The notes beneath the pieces were generated by a model that ran no database searches, had not been told where the DNA came from, and saw only the letters and a program-made list of their open reading frames with translations. Positions 1 to 8,939 of a stretch of 64,000 nucleotides of DNA are shown piece after piece. The stretch's first letter is position 1, and every line of letters starts with the position of its first letter. Position numbers and translations under genes: made by a program. This stretch comes from Candidatus Berkelbacteria bacterium (GTDB taxonomy: Bacteria > Patescibacteriota > UBA1384 > 2-12-FULL-50-11): contig CP066697.1 of NCBI GenBank assembly GCA_016432625.1, forward strand, positions 81,415 to 145,414, written 5' to 3'.

Positions 1-105
1 CGTCAGGCTTTCCCATTTGCCGAGCGCCGCCTTGTCGGCAGCTAAAAGTTTTTTCAGATCATCCGGTAATTTGTGCGCCGTCCCGCCTGAAATTTCTTTA
101 GCCAT
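1..105 (-). CDS. hypothetical protein, first ~35 codons only (gene runs off the window start); possible YdeI/DUF1905-like partner of the adjacent DUF1801 gene
   Basis: ATG at 105 on the minus strand with an open frame to position 1 (MAKEISGGTAHKLPDDLKKLLAADKAALGKWESLT); overlaps the stop of the 98..520 gene by 8 nt. Confidence 0.4.
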   Translation of the reverse strand, partial: MAKEISGGTAHKLPDDLKKLLAADKAALGKWESLT

Positions 106-520
106 TTGGATACTTCTTCTGCATATACTCCCAGGAAGCTTTGACTAAATCTTCCAGGACATTCAGGTCGATATCGGCCAGTTTGTCGATGTACAAACAG
201 CCGACGCCCGTTTTGTGCTTGCCGAGCTTCTTTAGCAAAGGCGCGTCTTGATCACCGGTTAGGACGTATAAGGTTAGGGCAGATTTTCGCGGCGAGAAAC
301 CAATTCTTAGCCAGTCACCTTCCTGGCTACTCCGCTCGGATTTGTAGTGATAAACGCCAAACCCAACCATCGTTGGTCCCCACATTACCGGTTTTTCGCC
401 GGCAACTTTTTTAAACAGTTCTAGGAGCATGAAGCCGTCGGCCCGTTTTTGCTCCGGCTCAACTTTATTTAAGAATTCTTCAACACTCGCACTAGTTGCT
501 TTGGTTTTTGGCTCCGCCAT
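98..520 (-). CDS. DUF1801 (YdhG-like) domain protein
   Basis: 140-aa ORF with a conserved W/G-rich core typical of DUF1801; preceded by the conserved promoter element and a 7-nt gap before the ATG. Confidence 0.65.
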   Translation of the reverse strand: MAEPKTKATSASVEEFLNKVEPEQKRADGFMLLELFKKVAGEKPVMWGPTMVGFGVYHYKSERSSQEGDWLRIGFSPRKSALTLYVLTGDQDAPLLKKLGKHKTGVGCLYIDKLADIDLNVLEDLVKASWEYMQKKYPNG

Positions 521-527
521 TTTCCAA

Positions 528-558
528 ATTGTACTACCGAACCTGAAAAAGTCGAGCT
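528..558 (-). promoter_or_regulatory. conserved promoter element, copy 1 (sense TCGACT-N16-TACAAT, 7 nt to the ATG at 520)
   Basis: sense strand reads AGCTCGACTTTTTCAGGTTCGGTAGTACAATTTGGAAA-ATG; shares the core CAGGTTCGG with four further copies. Confidence 0.5.
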
Positions 559-622
559 TATACGCCTCGCTAACTAAAACAGCACCGTCGTAATGACAAG
601 TGCTGCTTTAGTGCGGGAAGGG

Positions 623-811
623 TTACTTCCAGCTAAAGGACTGGCTTAATATCCAGAGCGTGAATGCCGCGGAGATGAAGAACAGCCCCAATCCGATCGG
701 GCTTCCCCAGCTGAACCACGAACCCCACGCCCGCCAATGTTTCAGGCTGTTCTCGTGGCTCCAGTCATATTCCTTCTCGTAATCCCGAGGGCTTTTGTCT
801 TGGTTTTCCAT
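623..811 (-). CDS. small Trp-rich membrane protein, hypothetical
   Basis: 62-aa ORF with a GAAGGGG Shine-Dalgarno upstream and one TM segment. Confidence 0.35.
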   Translation of the reverse strand: MENQDKSPRDYEKEYDWSHENSLKHWRAWGSWFSWGSPIGLGLFFISAAFTLWILSQSFSWK

Positions 812-996
812 ATCACCCCTTCGTTAATTGATGAGTGCCTGTCGTGCCGGGTTCGACGATGCCCAGGTCGACGCAGACGTACTCATTCGCTCTGTCTGGT
901 CTTGGCGTCCGCCATGTCGTTCGCCGAATGAGTGGCGCATGGTTGGAGGACGACCACAGTGATTGTATTTAACCAGTAACTAACAGGCCTGGCAAA

Positions 997-1206
997 CTAG
1001 GACTTGCCGTTTAAGTACTTGCTCGCAACGCTCAAGGCAAATGATGGCAGAATGATAAAAATAGAAGTCAGGAAAAGCCTCGTGACTACTAACTTTAGGC
1101 CAGTACTGCTGTCATCTGGATCGGTTCCGGTCAGAACCATGAAGATCCCTAAGATGCCAAAAGCTATTGAGGAGTAGATAAATACTCGAGTTGCTATTTT
1201 TTGCAT
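997..1206 (-). CDS. small two-TM membrane protein, hypothetical
   Basis: 69-aa hydrophobic ORF. Confidence 0.35.
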   Translation of the reverse strand: MQKIATRVFIYSSIAFGILGIFMVLTGTDPDDSSTGLKLVVTRLFLTSIFIILPSFALSVASKYLNGKS

Positions 1207-1264
1207 GCCTGAAGCGTATCACAACCAATAACTCTATTCAGCCCTGTTTGTGAAGGAGGTGGGG

Positions 1265-1726
1265 TTAATACTTGTCAATCACAATCTTCTTTTGCTGCAT
1301 CAGGGTGGAGAAAGCATTTGGTTTCTGCATCAGTTCTTCCATATCCCTGGGCACTATTTGCCAACTTAAGCCGTACTTATCTTTGCACCAGCCACATTGC
1401 TCCGATTCTGGCACGGCTGAGAGTTTCTCCCAGTAGTAATCGATTTCTTTTTGATCTTCGCTGGCAATGGCAAAAGATACGGCTTCGTTAAACTTGAACT
1501 CGGGACCAGCGTTGATGGCGATAAAGCGCATCCCCTCAAGCTCAAACTCGACTGTTAATACTTCGCCGGCTAAGTCTTTCTGAAAATCAGCCAGACCCTC
1601 CTCGGCGCTTTTGGGATAATGCTCGGTCGATAATATTTTGCTGTTTGGGAATACCGAAACGTAAAAATCTACAGCTTCCTTTGCGTTGCCGTCAAACCAT
1701 AAATTTGGGGTTATTTTTTGGGTCAT
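1265..1726 (-). CDS. VOC-family protein (PhnB/glyoxalase-like; 3-demethylubiquinone-9 3-methyltransferase-like domain)
   Basis: MTQKITPNLWFDGNAKEAVDFY...GWCKDKYGLSWQIVP is the typical PhnB-like VOC signature; start placed at the ATG at 1726, which has an AAGGAAA Shine-Dalgarno. Confidence 0.7.
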   Translation of the reverse strand: MTQKITPNLWFDGNAKEAVDFYVSVFPNSKILSTEHYPKSAEEGLADFQKDLAGEVLTVEFELEGMRFIAINAGPEFKFNEAVSFAIASEDQKEIDYYWEKLSAVPESEQCGWCKDKYGLSWQIVPRDMEELMQKPNAFSTLMQQKKIVIDKY

Positions 1727-1806
1727 TAATTTCCTTTCTTTAGACCAATAGTATCTCAAAAAGCAGCAGGGTAATTGGAAGTTTTATAAACCCGCCAACA
1801 ATTTCC

Positions 1807-1826
1807 CAACCTGGGAATGTCGAGAA
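1807..1826 (-). promoter_or_regulatory. conserved element copy 2 (degenerate; -35-like TCGACA plus a CCAGGTTGGG spacer, no clean -10)
   Basis: sense strand CTCGACATTCCCAGGTTGGGAAATTGTTGG at the 3' end of the PepSY gene. Confidence 0.35.
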
Positions 1827-1830
1827 AGTA

Positions 1831-2190
1831 TTACTCGCCGTCGCCAGCCTCGACTCTCATGATTTCACCGGTTACCGCATTAACATCAACGCGACCGCTG
1901 TCGGTGAATCGGACGCTATAAACCCCAACGCCCTCCTCGACCTCCTGCTCAATTTTCTCAATGGTTTTGCCAGGGCGGCGGTTCTGGGCGATAGTCCGAG
2001 CTTGTTCGATGGTGATATCACCGATAAATTTGTCGGGAACCTCGTCAGTTTCTTCGGACTTGGCAGAATCGCCCACACTTGGCTGGACCTCAACTTTTTC
2101 GACGCTACTATTGTTTCGGGAAGCTAAATAACCCCCGCCCAGGATAATAGCCGCAAGCACGGTTACTATTAAAATAGTTGTTGTTTTCAT
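1831..2190 (-). CDS. PepSY domain-containing secreted/membrane protein
   Basis: N-terminal TM or signal segment; C-terminal GVGVYSVRF...VDVNAVTGEI PepSY-like motif. Confidence 0.55.
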   Translation of the reverse strand: MKTTTILIVTVLAAIILGGGYLASRNNSSVEKVEVQPSVGDSAKSEETDEVPDKFIGDITIEQARTIAQNRRPGKTIEKIEQEVEEGVGVYSVRFTDSGRVDVNAVTGEIMRVEAGDGE

Positions 2191-2309
2191 CTGTATTATC
2201 CTATACCTATTTCTTCCTAACTAAACTGGACGATCTGTATAAAACAAACAGCCCGCCACAAGGACTAGCTCTTCGTTCGCTCCGAATTGTGCAGGAGGTT
2301 AGGCTGCGC

Positions 2310-2708
2310 TTAACCTAAGCTAGAGGATCGCCACCAATACGGCTGAACTTGCTTCAACGATACTGATTGCCACTTGGTCGGATCGTTTTCTTGGGGAATT
2401 GCTACTCGAACATCCTCACCAAACCAGAAAAAGCGTTCCTGGCAAATACCGCACGGCGTATAAATGATAACCTGGCCGGTCTTATCGTTATTAGCAATAC
2501 AAATCGAGGCAACTATTTTCTTCTTTAATTTTTGGGCTTCACAAATCGGCCCAGCTTCGGCACACAAGCAGACTTGATCGTGCGGACTGTCAGTCGAAAC
2601 CCCCGTCAGGATTTGGCCGTCTTCGACGTAACAAGCACTAACTGCTTGATCAGGGTGCTCTTCCAATAGTGATCGGGCAGCATCGTATAGTTTCTGGTCA
2701 ACTTCCAT
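2310..2708 (-). CDS. cytidine/deoxycytidylate deaminase-family zinc-binding protein
   Basis: CAEAGPICEA ... PCGICQE is the (H/C)AE...PCxxC zinc-binding deaminase signature. Confidence 0.6.
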   Translation of the reverse strand: MEVDQKLYDAARSLLEEHPDQAVSACYVEDGQILTGVSTDSPHDQVCLCAEAGPICEAQKLKKKIVASICIANNDKTGQVIIYTPCGICQERFFWFGEDVRVAIPQENDPTKWQSVSLKQVQPYWWRSSSLG

Positions 2709-2715
2709 TCACTTG

Positions 2716-2747
2716 ATTGTACCCCCGAACCTGGAAATGTCGAGCTA
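2716..2747 (-). promoter_or_regulatory. conserved promoter element copy 3 (TCGACA-N16-TACAAT, 7 nt to the ATG at 2708)
   Basis: sense strand TAGCTCGACATTTCCAGGTTCGGGGGTACAATCAAGTGA-ATG. Confidence 0.5.
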
Positions 2748-3818
2748 CTTTGCCTTGGAGTAAGTAATTTGCCACAGCTGTAGGTTTCTCGCACGGAATG
2801 AGCCAGCGCAACCTTGAAGGTAGAGTTTCCACATTCTGTAGAACCTTCCCCCATACTTACTTTTGAGCTTAGGCCAATTTCTATCAAAATTATCCCACCA
2901 GGCCATTAACGTCTTGTCGTAATCAGTACCGAAGTTTTCTAGACCCTCCTCAATAAAGAGCCCTTGAGTCGCTCGATCAAGCTGTTCGAGGGAAGGAAGC
3001 ATACCTCCCGGAAAGATATACTTATCAATCCAAGGGTTAGTGTGGGTTGTCGAGAAATTGCCCCCGATTGTTTGAAACACGAACAGCCCACCTTCGGGCA
3101 GACATCGATGAACGACATCCATATAGTGACGATAGTTTTTCCAGCCCACAGCTTCGAACATTTCTATCGAAACTACTGCATCAAACTTTTCGTTAACGTC
3201 ACGATAATCGGCCAGCCTGTTTTCGACAGGCAATCCTTCACACAGCTCGTTAGCTAATTTAACTTGCTCTTTTGAAACCGTGATATTTACTACCGAAACC
3301 CCATACTTTCGAGCGGCATACTTTGCAAAACTGCCCCAACCGCCCCCAATATCCAACACTCTCATTTTCGGCTTGAGCTTCAACTTTTGGCATATAAGGT
3401 CGAGCTTCTGCTCCTGAGCTTCGTTTAGTGACTTTACGCCTCTCCAGTACCCGCACGTATAAACTAGCCGATGGTCGAGCATTGCCTGGAATAAATCGTT
3501 GCCAAGATCGTAGTGCTCTTTGGCAAGACGCTTAGCGTACCAGCGACTGCCAGTATTTAGTAAGTAGCCAAGCCCAGCGTGAATCAGCCAAGTAGGATGC
3601 TTATAGAGAGATTTCGCCAAGTTTGCTTTGTAGGCTCGGTACACTAGTTGGTCAATCGATTGGCAGTCCCACTGACCATCCATATAACTCTCTCCGATCC
3701 CCAAAATGCCGCCGAAGATCGTTCTTTGGAAGGCTTGCTGGTCGTTTACCTTAAGATCCCAAGCACGCTTTCCATCAAGCCGGATGTCGGCTTGAGCTAG
3801 GAGTTTTTCAATTAACAT
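2745..3818 (-). CDS. cfa: cyclopropane-fatty-acyl-phospholipid synthase
   Basis: 357 aa; VLDIGGGWGSFAKYAARKYGVSVVNIT SAM-binding motif and overall CFA synthase architecture. Confidence 0.85.
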   Translation of the reverse strand: MLIEKLLAQADIRLDGKRAWDLKVNDQQAFQRTIFGGILGIGESYMDGQWDCQSIDQLVYRAYKANLAKSLYKHPTWLIHAGLGYLLNTGSRWYAKRLAKEHYDLGNDLFQAMLDHRLVYTCGYWRGVKSLNEAQEQKLDLICQKLKLKPKMRVLDIGGGWGSFAKYAARKYGVSVVNITVSKEQVKLANELCEGLPVENRLADYRDVNEKFDAVVSIEMFEAVGWKNYRHYMDVVHRCLPEGGLFVFQTIGGNFSTTHTNPWIDKYIFPGGMLPSLEQLDRATQGLFIEEGLENFGTDYDKTLMAWWDNFDRNWPKLKSKYGGRFYRMWKLYLQGCAGSFRARNLQLWQITYSKAK

Positions 3819-3826
3819 CGATCTAA

Positions 3827-3858
3827 TTGTACAGTTGAACCTGAAATTATCGAGCTAA
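3827..3858 (-). promoter_or_regulatory. conserved promoter element copy 4 (TCGATA-N16-TACAAT, 7 nt to the ATG at 3818)
   Basis: sense strand TAGCTCGATAATTTCAGGTTCAACTGTACAATTAGATCG-ATG. Confidence 0.5.
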
Positions 3859-4523
3859 TTCTGTCGCTTTTTGGCAGTAATGAAGAGCGTCTCCGGTATC
3901 TGCTCGGGATTTTCTGCATCGATTGAAGCGGACTCGTCTAATTCTTTGAGGTCAAAGAGCTGCATAAACTCCTCGGAAAGGTAGTCGGTTATATTATGGG
4001 GAGGGAATGTGACAGTAACCTTACCTCCGTAGAGCTTAACCGCAACCAGCGCCTCTCTTGTGCGGGAAATCGTGAATGTATCGAATATTGGGTGGCTCAC
4101 GGCTAGCAGCAATTTACCGCCTGGTTTCAAAGTTCGAGCCATTTCCCGATGAGCTTTTGAAAATTTATTGAGGTAGTGCATAGAGAAGCGCCCCATAATT
4201 AGTCCAAAGAAGTTATCAGAGAACGGAATATTTTCATAACCGCCGATTTTGATATTTTCGGGGTGACCGACATTCTCTTTAGCCAGTTCGTACATTGTTT
4301 CCGAGGGTTCAATGCCAAACGCCTCAATGCCGTTACCCTCGCACCACTTAACATCGTCACCGGCACTACAGCCAATATCCAATACCGGCCCTTTGACCCT
4401 CTTCAGTTCGGCCCGAAGCTTCGTCCTGGTCCAATCCTCTTTATTGGAAAAGAATTTACGCTGGTAATTGACGTAATCTTTTCCCATCGTGTCGTACTGT
4501 TTTAGCATCTCTTCGCCGTTCAT
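3855..4523 (-). CDS. class I SAM-dependent methyltransferase
   Basis: VLDIGCSAGDD motif I; 222 aa. Confidence 0.75.
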   Translation of the reverse strand: MNGEEMLKQYDTMGKDYVNYQRKFFSNKEDWTRTKLRAELKRVKGPVLDIGCSAGDDVKWCEGNGIEAFGIEPSETMYELAKENVGHPENIKIGGYENIPFSDNFFGLIMGRFSMHYLNKFSKAHREMARTLKPGGKLLLAVSHPIFDTFTISRTREALVAVKLYGGKVTVTFPPHNITDYLSEEFMQLFDLKELDESASIDAENPEQIPETLFITAKKRQN

Positions 4524-4530
4524 CGCTTAG

Positions 4531-4562
4531 ATTTTACTCCCGAACCTGGGATTGTCGAGCTA
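4531..4562 (-). promoter_or_regulatory. conserved promoter element copy 5 (TCGACA-N16-TAAAAT, 7 nt to the ATG at 4523)
   Basis: sense strand TAGCTCGACAATCCCAGGTTCGGGAGTAAAATCTAAGCG-ATG. Confidence 0.5.
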
Positions 4563-4817
4563 GCGATCCCGGCTCTTGAGCCAAGCATTTTTCGCCCACT
4601 GCAGGGTTAGCGTTGAGATCAGAAACCCTATCGAAGGAATAATCGCATTGCCCCACGGCCTATTTATCCCCATCAGTTGCATATAAGCGCCAATTAATAA
4701 GTACGTTGTAATAAGCAGGATAATTTTACGAATCAGGCTAGTCTCCCACTCTTTATCGGAGGCCACTTTTGCGTTGCGAGCTTCGATCGCAGACACGCGT
4801 TTTTCGAGATCTTTCAT
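4560..4817 (-). CDS. small membrane protein with an N-terminal coiled-coil, hypothetical
   Basis: 85-aa ORF directly downstream of tRNA-Asn on the minus strand. Confidence 0.4.
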   Translation of the reverse strand: MKDLEKRVSAIEARNAKVASDKEWETSLIRKIILLITTYLLIGAYMQLMGINRPWGNAIIPSIGFLISTLTLQWAKNAWLKSRDR

Positions 4818-4820
4818 CTG

Positions 4821-4892
4821 CTCCGGAGGTCGGATTCGAACCGACGACCAATGCGTTAACAGCGCACTGCTCTACCGCTGAGCTACTCCGGA
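4821..4892 (-). tRNA. tRNA-Asn (anticodon GUU)
   Basis: minus strand TCCGGAG-TA-GCTCAGCGGTAGAGC-A-GTGCG-CTGTTAA-CGCAT-...GGTTCGAATCC...CTCCGGA-G; cloverleaf with anticodon loop CUGUUAA. Confidence 0.85.
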
Positions 4893-5211
4893 ATACGTTC
4901 GTACTTTTTAGCGAAAGACGGCTCAAAATCCCCAGCGAGGATTTTGTCCTTCCGCTCGGACTCGCTCTGCCGCTACGCGGCAACCATGCCCGCTCGTCCT
5001 GCGCGAGACTTTCTTATAAAAAGTACTCACTCAAACAATAAGGTACTGGCATATTTTACCGCAGCGGCACTCTCGAAACAATCAGGACAGCCGCCTTTAC
5101 GAAACGTCTACGTCCAGGTTAAATGTTTAGTAGGAGGGGAAATTCAACAGATTATTCGTATCACTCATATCTGTCACATCGTTACTAATATAGTTCGGGG
5201 TGAGGTATAAG

Positions 5212-5775
5212 ATGCAACAGATCAAAGTAGGAGTTTCTGGTTCAGCGGTCATTTCGGGCAAGGAAGCAGCGCGCAAAGCTGAACTTATCGGTTACTACCT
5301 GGCACGCGCTGGGGCGATTGTTGTAACCGGAGACACGACCGGCATACCCAACGAAGCGGCCCGCGGCGCCAAACGCGCACGCGGTTTTACCTTAGGCATC
5401 TCGCCGGCCTCTAGCTTTCACGACCACGTTCGGCGCTATAAACTACCGTACAAATACACTGATTTTGCGATATACACTGGGTTTGGATACTCCGGACGCA
5501 ATCTATTATTCATTCGCGCAACTGATGCGGTGATTTTCATCCATGGCCGTATTGGAACCTTGAACGAGTTCACGATTGCCTTTGAAGATAAAAAGCCGAT
5601 CGGCATCCTGACAGACTCCGGCGGCATCTCTGATGAATTGGACCATTTGCTGACCGTGGCTCATCGTGGCCGCAACCTGATTGTGTTCGACGAGGATCCG
5701 AAACGCTTAGTCCAGAAAGTTCTCAAGATGGCCCACGAAGACCTGCGACGAGTTGCCCGCGGTGCTGATGGTTAA
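5212..5775 (+). CDS. LOG/TIGR00725-family Rossmann-fold nucleotide-binding protein
   Basis: GGTSGIMEA-like GVSGSAV...TGDTTGIPNEAARGA...IFIHGRIGTLNEF motifs; start moved to the ATG at 5212, which has a GGTGAGG Shine-Dalgarno. Confidence 0.6.
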   Translation: MQQIKVGVSGSAVISGKEAARKAELIGYYLARAGAIVVTGDTTGIPNEAARGAKRARGFTLGISPASSFHDHVRRYKLPYKYTDFAIYTGFGYSGRNLLFIRATDAVIFIHGRIGTLNEFTIAFEDKKPIGILTDSGGISDELDHLLTVAHRGRNLIVFDEDPKRLVQKVLKMAHEDLRRVARGADG

Positions 5776-7126
5776 ACTTGGTTTCTACGGCGCGGCCGGT
5801 GAGGTAACTGGTTCGAATTTTCTTATTGACACCGGTGAGCATAAATACATTGTCGACTGCGGCCTGTTTCAGGGAGCGGACGAGATTACCGAGCACAACG
5901 ACGAGCCGTTTGCCTATAATCCCTCCGAAGTTGAAGCGGTCGTGGTGACACACGCTCACCTCGATCACATCGGTCGCCTACCGATGCTGGTGCGAGGCGG
6001 TTATAAAGGCCCCATTTTTACTACTGAAGCAACTATCGAACTAGCTGGTTTGGTTCTGCAGGACGCGCTTGATTTGGCGACGCATCGCCACGAGCGAACT
6101 GGTAAGCCGCTATTGTTTGAACGAGTTGATTTACAGCGCACACTGGAGATGTTTCAGGCGGTACCATATCACCAACGGCACGCACTGCTCGGTAGCGACG
6201 GGTTCACGCTTTACGACGCCGGCCATATTTTGGGGTCGGCTGCAATTAGCGTTGAAGCAGGCGGTAAACGCATTGTGTTTTCCGGTGACGTCGGTCACGC
6301 CCCGAACGTTCTGCTGCCTCAGCCGGAAACTGGCTTCGCGGCCGACGTTGTCGTCACCGAAGGCACATATGGTGGCCGAGAGCGAGAAGACAAACTGGAT
6401 CGCTTGGCGGTCATCAGGGAAGCGGTGGATTGGGTTACCGAGCGCAAAGGCGTACTGCTCGTACCGGCGTTTTCCGTAGAGCGTAGCCAAGAGCTCCTCT
6501 ACCTCTTAAACACCTTGTTTAACAAACACCAATTGCCGAAAATCCCGATATTTCTTGATAGCCCGCTCGCCATCGAGGCGCTTCAAGTTTTTGAACGCCA
6601 CCAAGAGCTTTACCGCAAGGACGTCCAACAAGTCCGTCGAGTTGACGACGATATTTTCTCGTTTAAGGGTCTGGCGCTGGCGACGTCCGTCGATGAGTCA
6701 AAAGCCATTAATGAGCAGGCGCCGCCAAAAATAATTATCGCTGGCTCGGGCATGATGGAAGGCGGCCGCATTCATCACCATCTGAAACGCTATCTTGGTT
6801 GGCCCAATACCTACCTGCTGGTTGTCGGCTTCCAGGCTCCAGGCACGCTTGGCGACCATATCCTAAGCGGCGCGTCTACCGTCAACATTCTCGGCGAGCG
6901 AATACCGATTAGAGCTAAGGTAGTGCGCGCGGATGTCTTTTCTGGCCACGCGGATAACTCGGAGCTGTTAGACTGGCTCCACGGTCTCCGTTATGCCGAT
7001 AACGCCAAGGTCTTCGTGGTGCATGCTGATGCCGATAAAACCGCACTTTTCGAAGAAAATATAAAGCGCGCCATACCGCACGTCAGTGTTGTTGCACCCG
7101 AACTCGGCCAAGTTACAGAACTGTAG
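5768..7126 (+). CDS. MBL-fold beta-CASP ribonuclease (RNase J/CPSF-like RNA-metabolising metallo-beta-lactamase)
   Basis: MVKLGFYGAAGEVTGSNFLIDTG ... THAHLDHIGRLP (the HxHxDH motif) ... C-terminal beta-CASP His motifs; the ATG at 5768 overlaps the upstream stop by 8 nt. Confidence 0.7.
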   Translation: MVKLGFYGAAGEVTGSNFLIDTGEHKYIVDCGLFQGADEITEHNDEPFAYNPSEVEAVVVTHAHLDHIGRLPMLVRGGYKGPIFTTEATIELAGLVLQDALDLATHRHERTGKPLLFERVDLQRTLEMFQAVPYHQRHALLGSDGFTLYDAGHILGSAAISVEAGGKRIVFSGDVGHAPNVLLPQPETGFAADVVVTEGTYGGREREDKLDRLAVIREAVDWVTERKGVLLVPAFSVERSQELLYLLNTLFNKHQLPKIPIFLDSPLAIEALQVFERHQELYRKDVQQVRRVDDDIFSFKGLALATSVDESKAINEQAPPKIIIAGSGMMEGGRIHHHLKRYLGWPNTYLLVVGFQAPGTLGDHILSGASTVNILGERIPIRAKVVRADVFSGHADNSELLDWLHGLRYADNAKVFVVHADADKTALFEENIKRAIPHVSVVAPELGQVTEL

Positions 7127-7175
7127 ACAGCACGTAGCTGATACTTCGCAATTCACATATCCACATCTTTAATAA

Positions 7176-7186
7176 TACCCAGGGTA
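7176..7186. promoter_or_regulatory. candidate CsoR-type operator (palindrome TACCC-a-GGGTA) next to the -10 TATATA/TATAAA of the 7213 gene
   Basis: perfect 5-1-5 inverted repeat 27 nt upstream of the CsoR-like start codon; GC-rich pseudo-palindromes of this style are the known CsoR/RcnR operators. Confidence 0.4.
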
Positions 7187-7212
7187 GGTATATAAAAATC
7201 TAAAGGGGTAAT

Positions 7213-7455
7213 GTGGATAAACAAACGCAACAGCAATTAATAGCCCGTCTGCGTCGTATAGAGGGCCAGGTTAGGGCTCTCGAGACTTCAGTCGGTCACG
7301 ATTCGGCTGATAAAGTAGTCACCCAGCTTCAGGCAATAATCGCGGCCAATCGCGCGGCGCTACGCTTCTATCTGCAAGAGAAACTACTGGTCCAAGAAAA
7401 GTTGAGTACGGAGGACAGGCGGTTGCTAGCCCGCATCATCGATAGAGGTGCCTGA
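7213..7455 (+). CDS. CsoR/RcnR/FrmR-family (DUF156) transcriptional repressor, Cys-less variant
   Basis: LIARLRRIEGQVRALE signature helix; 80 aa; no cysteine anywhere in the protein. Confidence 0.75.
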   Translation: MDKQTQQQLIARLRRIEGQVRALETSVGHDSADKVVTQLQAIIAANRAALRFYLQEKLLVQEKLSTEDRRLLARIIDRGA

Positions 7456-7460
7456 ATTCC

Positions 7461-8900
7461 CTAGAGGTGAATGTTGACCAGGGTGCCTACGGGAGCATTG
7501 TCGTAAACCCAGTCAGCGCCAGAGTCCTCGATACGGACGCAGCCGTGCGATACTGGCCGACCCAAGTGGCTCGATGGTTCTCGCGAATTACACGCTGAAT
7601 CGAAACAAGGGACTCGGTGCAGCCCATAGCCTTCATAGCCGGAGCCGTCAGAGTTCTTGGCCAGAGCGTTCCATTTTTCCATCCAGATGCCGGGGAAAAG
7701 CCTTGATTGAGCTAGGGCGATCTTATTCTTAATGTAGAACCGTCCGACGGGGGTAGGCGTGCCGCGTTTACCACTAGAAATGAGGTATTGGGCAACTTTA
7801 GTCGTGCCGTTCATGATGAAGAGGCGCTGCTTTGACAGGTTGACGTCTATGTAGAGTCCTTCTACTAAGCCGGGCACGTAGTCTGGTTCAACTGTCTTTT
7901 GGGTGAAGGCGGTCGTAACGACACCTATCTGAATCGGCGCGTCTTTGGTCGGGGTTTGTTCGGTAATTGTTCGCTTAACTGCGGAGATTAAGGTATTCAT
8001 ATCAACCGATTTGCCGTCACGCCCTTCTTGGGTAACCTGTTGAGTATCTGACTGGATGAGCTTTTCGACCATCTTCAGATTGATCCGGCCGGCGATTTTA
8101 CTCGCAAGATAACCCTGTAGCTTGTCGTTGTTGATCGACCAGAGCAATTGACCGTTACTGGTTTGGTAATCAATTAGGTCGTATAGATGAGCTTCGGGAA
8201 TCATGAAGTTTCGTCCATCACCCGCTAAATAAATCGGTTGAAGGGCGGCTTCAATTTCGGTTTTTGTACGGTTTACGACCTCGGTCGTGACAGAAGGAGC
8301 GACTTCAGCTGCCGCCAAAGGTACAGCGTCGGCCGAGCCGGTCCTGAGTAATTGTCCAACGGCGGCGACAACTAAATCTAGGCCGATAGACTCGCCAACC
8401 CGACTTGGTACCACCTCGAGAAGGCCGTTGTTAACGGCGAGTGCGGCGCTCTGGGCGGTGCTGGTAACGCCGAAGACGGTTTCGATTTTCTTCTGTGCCA
8501 CGTCCTTGTCTATCTCGTAGAGCAGGCCGATCTCCTTTTTACCGAAGAAATTGCTCCAGTAGTTTAAGTCGAGCCAGTCCCACTGGTTATTAGGAGCGAG
8601 AAGAACGTTTAATTCTGGACCAGCAATAACCACGCCGAGTTCCGTTAGCGGAACGGCCTCAGTTTTGTCGTTGTAAGTGAGGGTAAGCGTGGCCGCGGTA
8701 AGGCTATTTTGTTTGGCGGCAATTATTCTTTCTGCCTCGGCAGTAGACATATTGCCGACTGATTCGCCGGCGATTATCGTGCGGGGCGAGAGTCGGTTCT
8801 GGTAGGCAAAGGCAGTAACAGCAGCCACGCCGGCAACGAGCGCTACAGCGCAGGTAAGACACAAGCCAACAATGATTGCCAGGCGTTTAACGTCTTTCAT
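7461..8900 (-). CDS. L,D-transpeptidase (YkuD) domain protein with an N-terminal TM anchor
   Basis: C-terminal SHGCVRI catalytic motif of the YkuD domain; N-terminal hydrophobic segment. Confidence 0.7.
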   Translation of the reverse strand: MKDVKRLAIIVGLCLTCAVALVAGVAAVTAFAYQNRLSPRTIIAGESVGNMSTAEAERIIAAKQNSLTAATLTLTYNDKTEAVPLTELGVVIAGPELNVLLAPNNQWDWLDLNYWSNFFGKKEIGLLYEIDKDVAQKKIETVFGVTSTAQSAALAVNNGLLEVVPSRVGESIGLDLVVAAVGQLLRTGSADAVPLAAAEVAPSVTTEVVNRTKTEIEAALQPIYLAGDGRNFMIPEAHLYDLIDYQTSNGQLLWSINNDKLQGYLASKIAGRINLKMVEKLIQSDTQQVTQEGRDGKSVDMNTLISAVKRTITEQTPTKDAPIQIGVVTTAFTQKTVEPDYVPGLVEGLYIDVNLSKQRLFIMNGTTKVAQYLISSGKRGTPTPVGRFYIKNKIALAQSRLFPGIWMEKWNALAKNSDGSGYEGYGLHRVPCFDSACNSREPSSHLGRPVSHGCVRIEDSGADWVYDNAPVGTLVNIHL

Positions 8901-8939
8901 CTATTAATATTAGCGTTTCTTGATGCCTTTGTGACGTAT

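Noticed and set aside
4893-5210. Intergenic ORFs (76, 90 and 88 aa) and a possible RNA element upstream of tRNA-Asn
   Set aside because: The ORFs have no ribosome-binding sites or recognisable composition; there is only one short hairpin (CAAAATCC...GGATTTTG), which is not enough to call an RNA gene.
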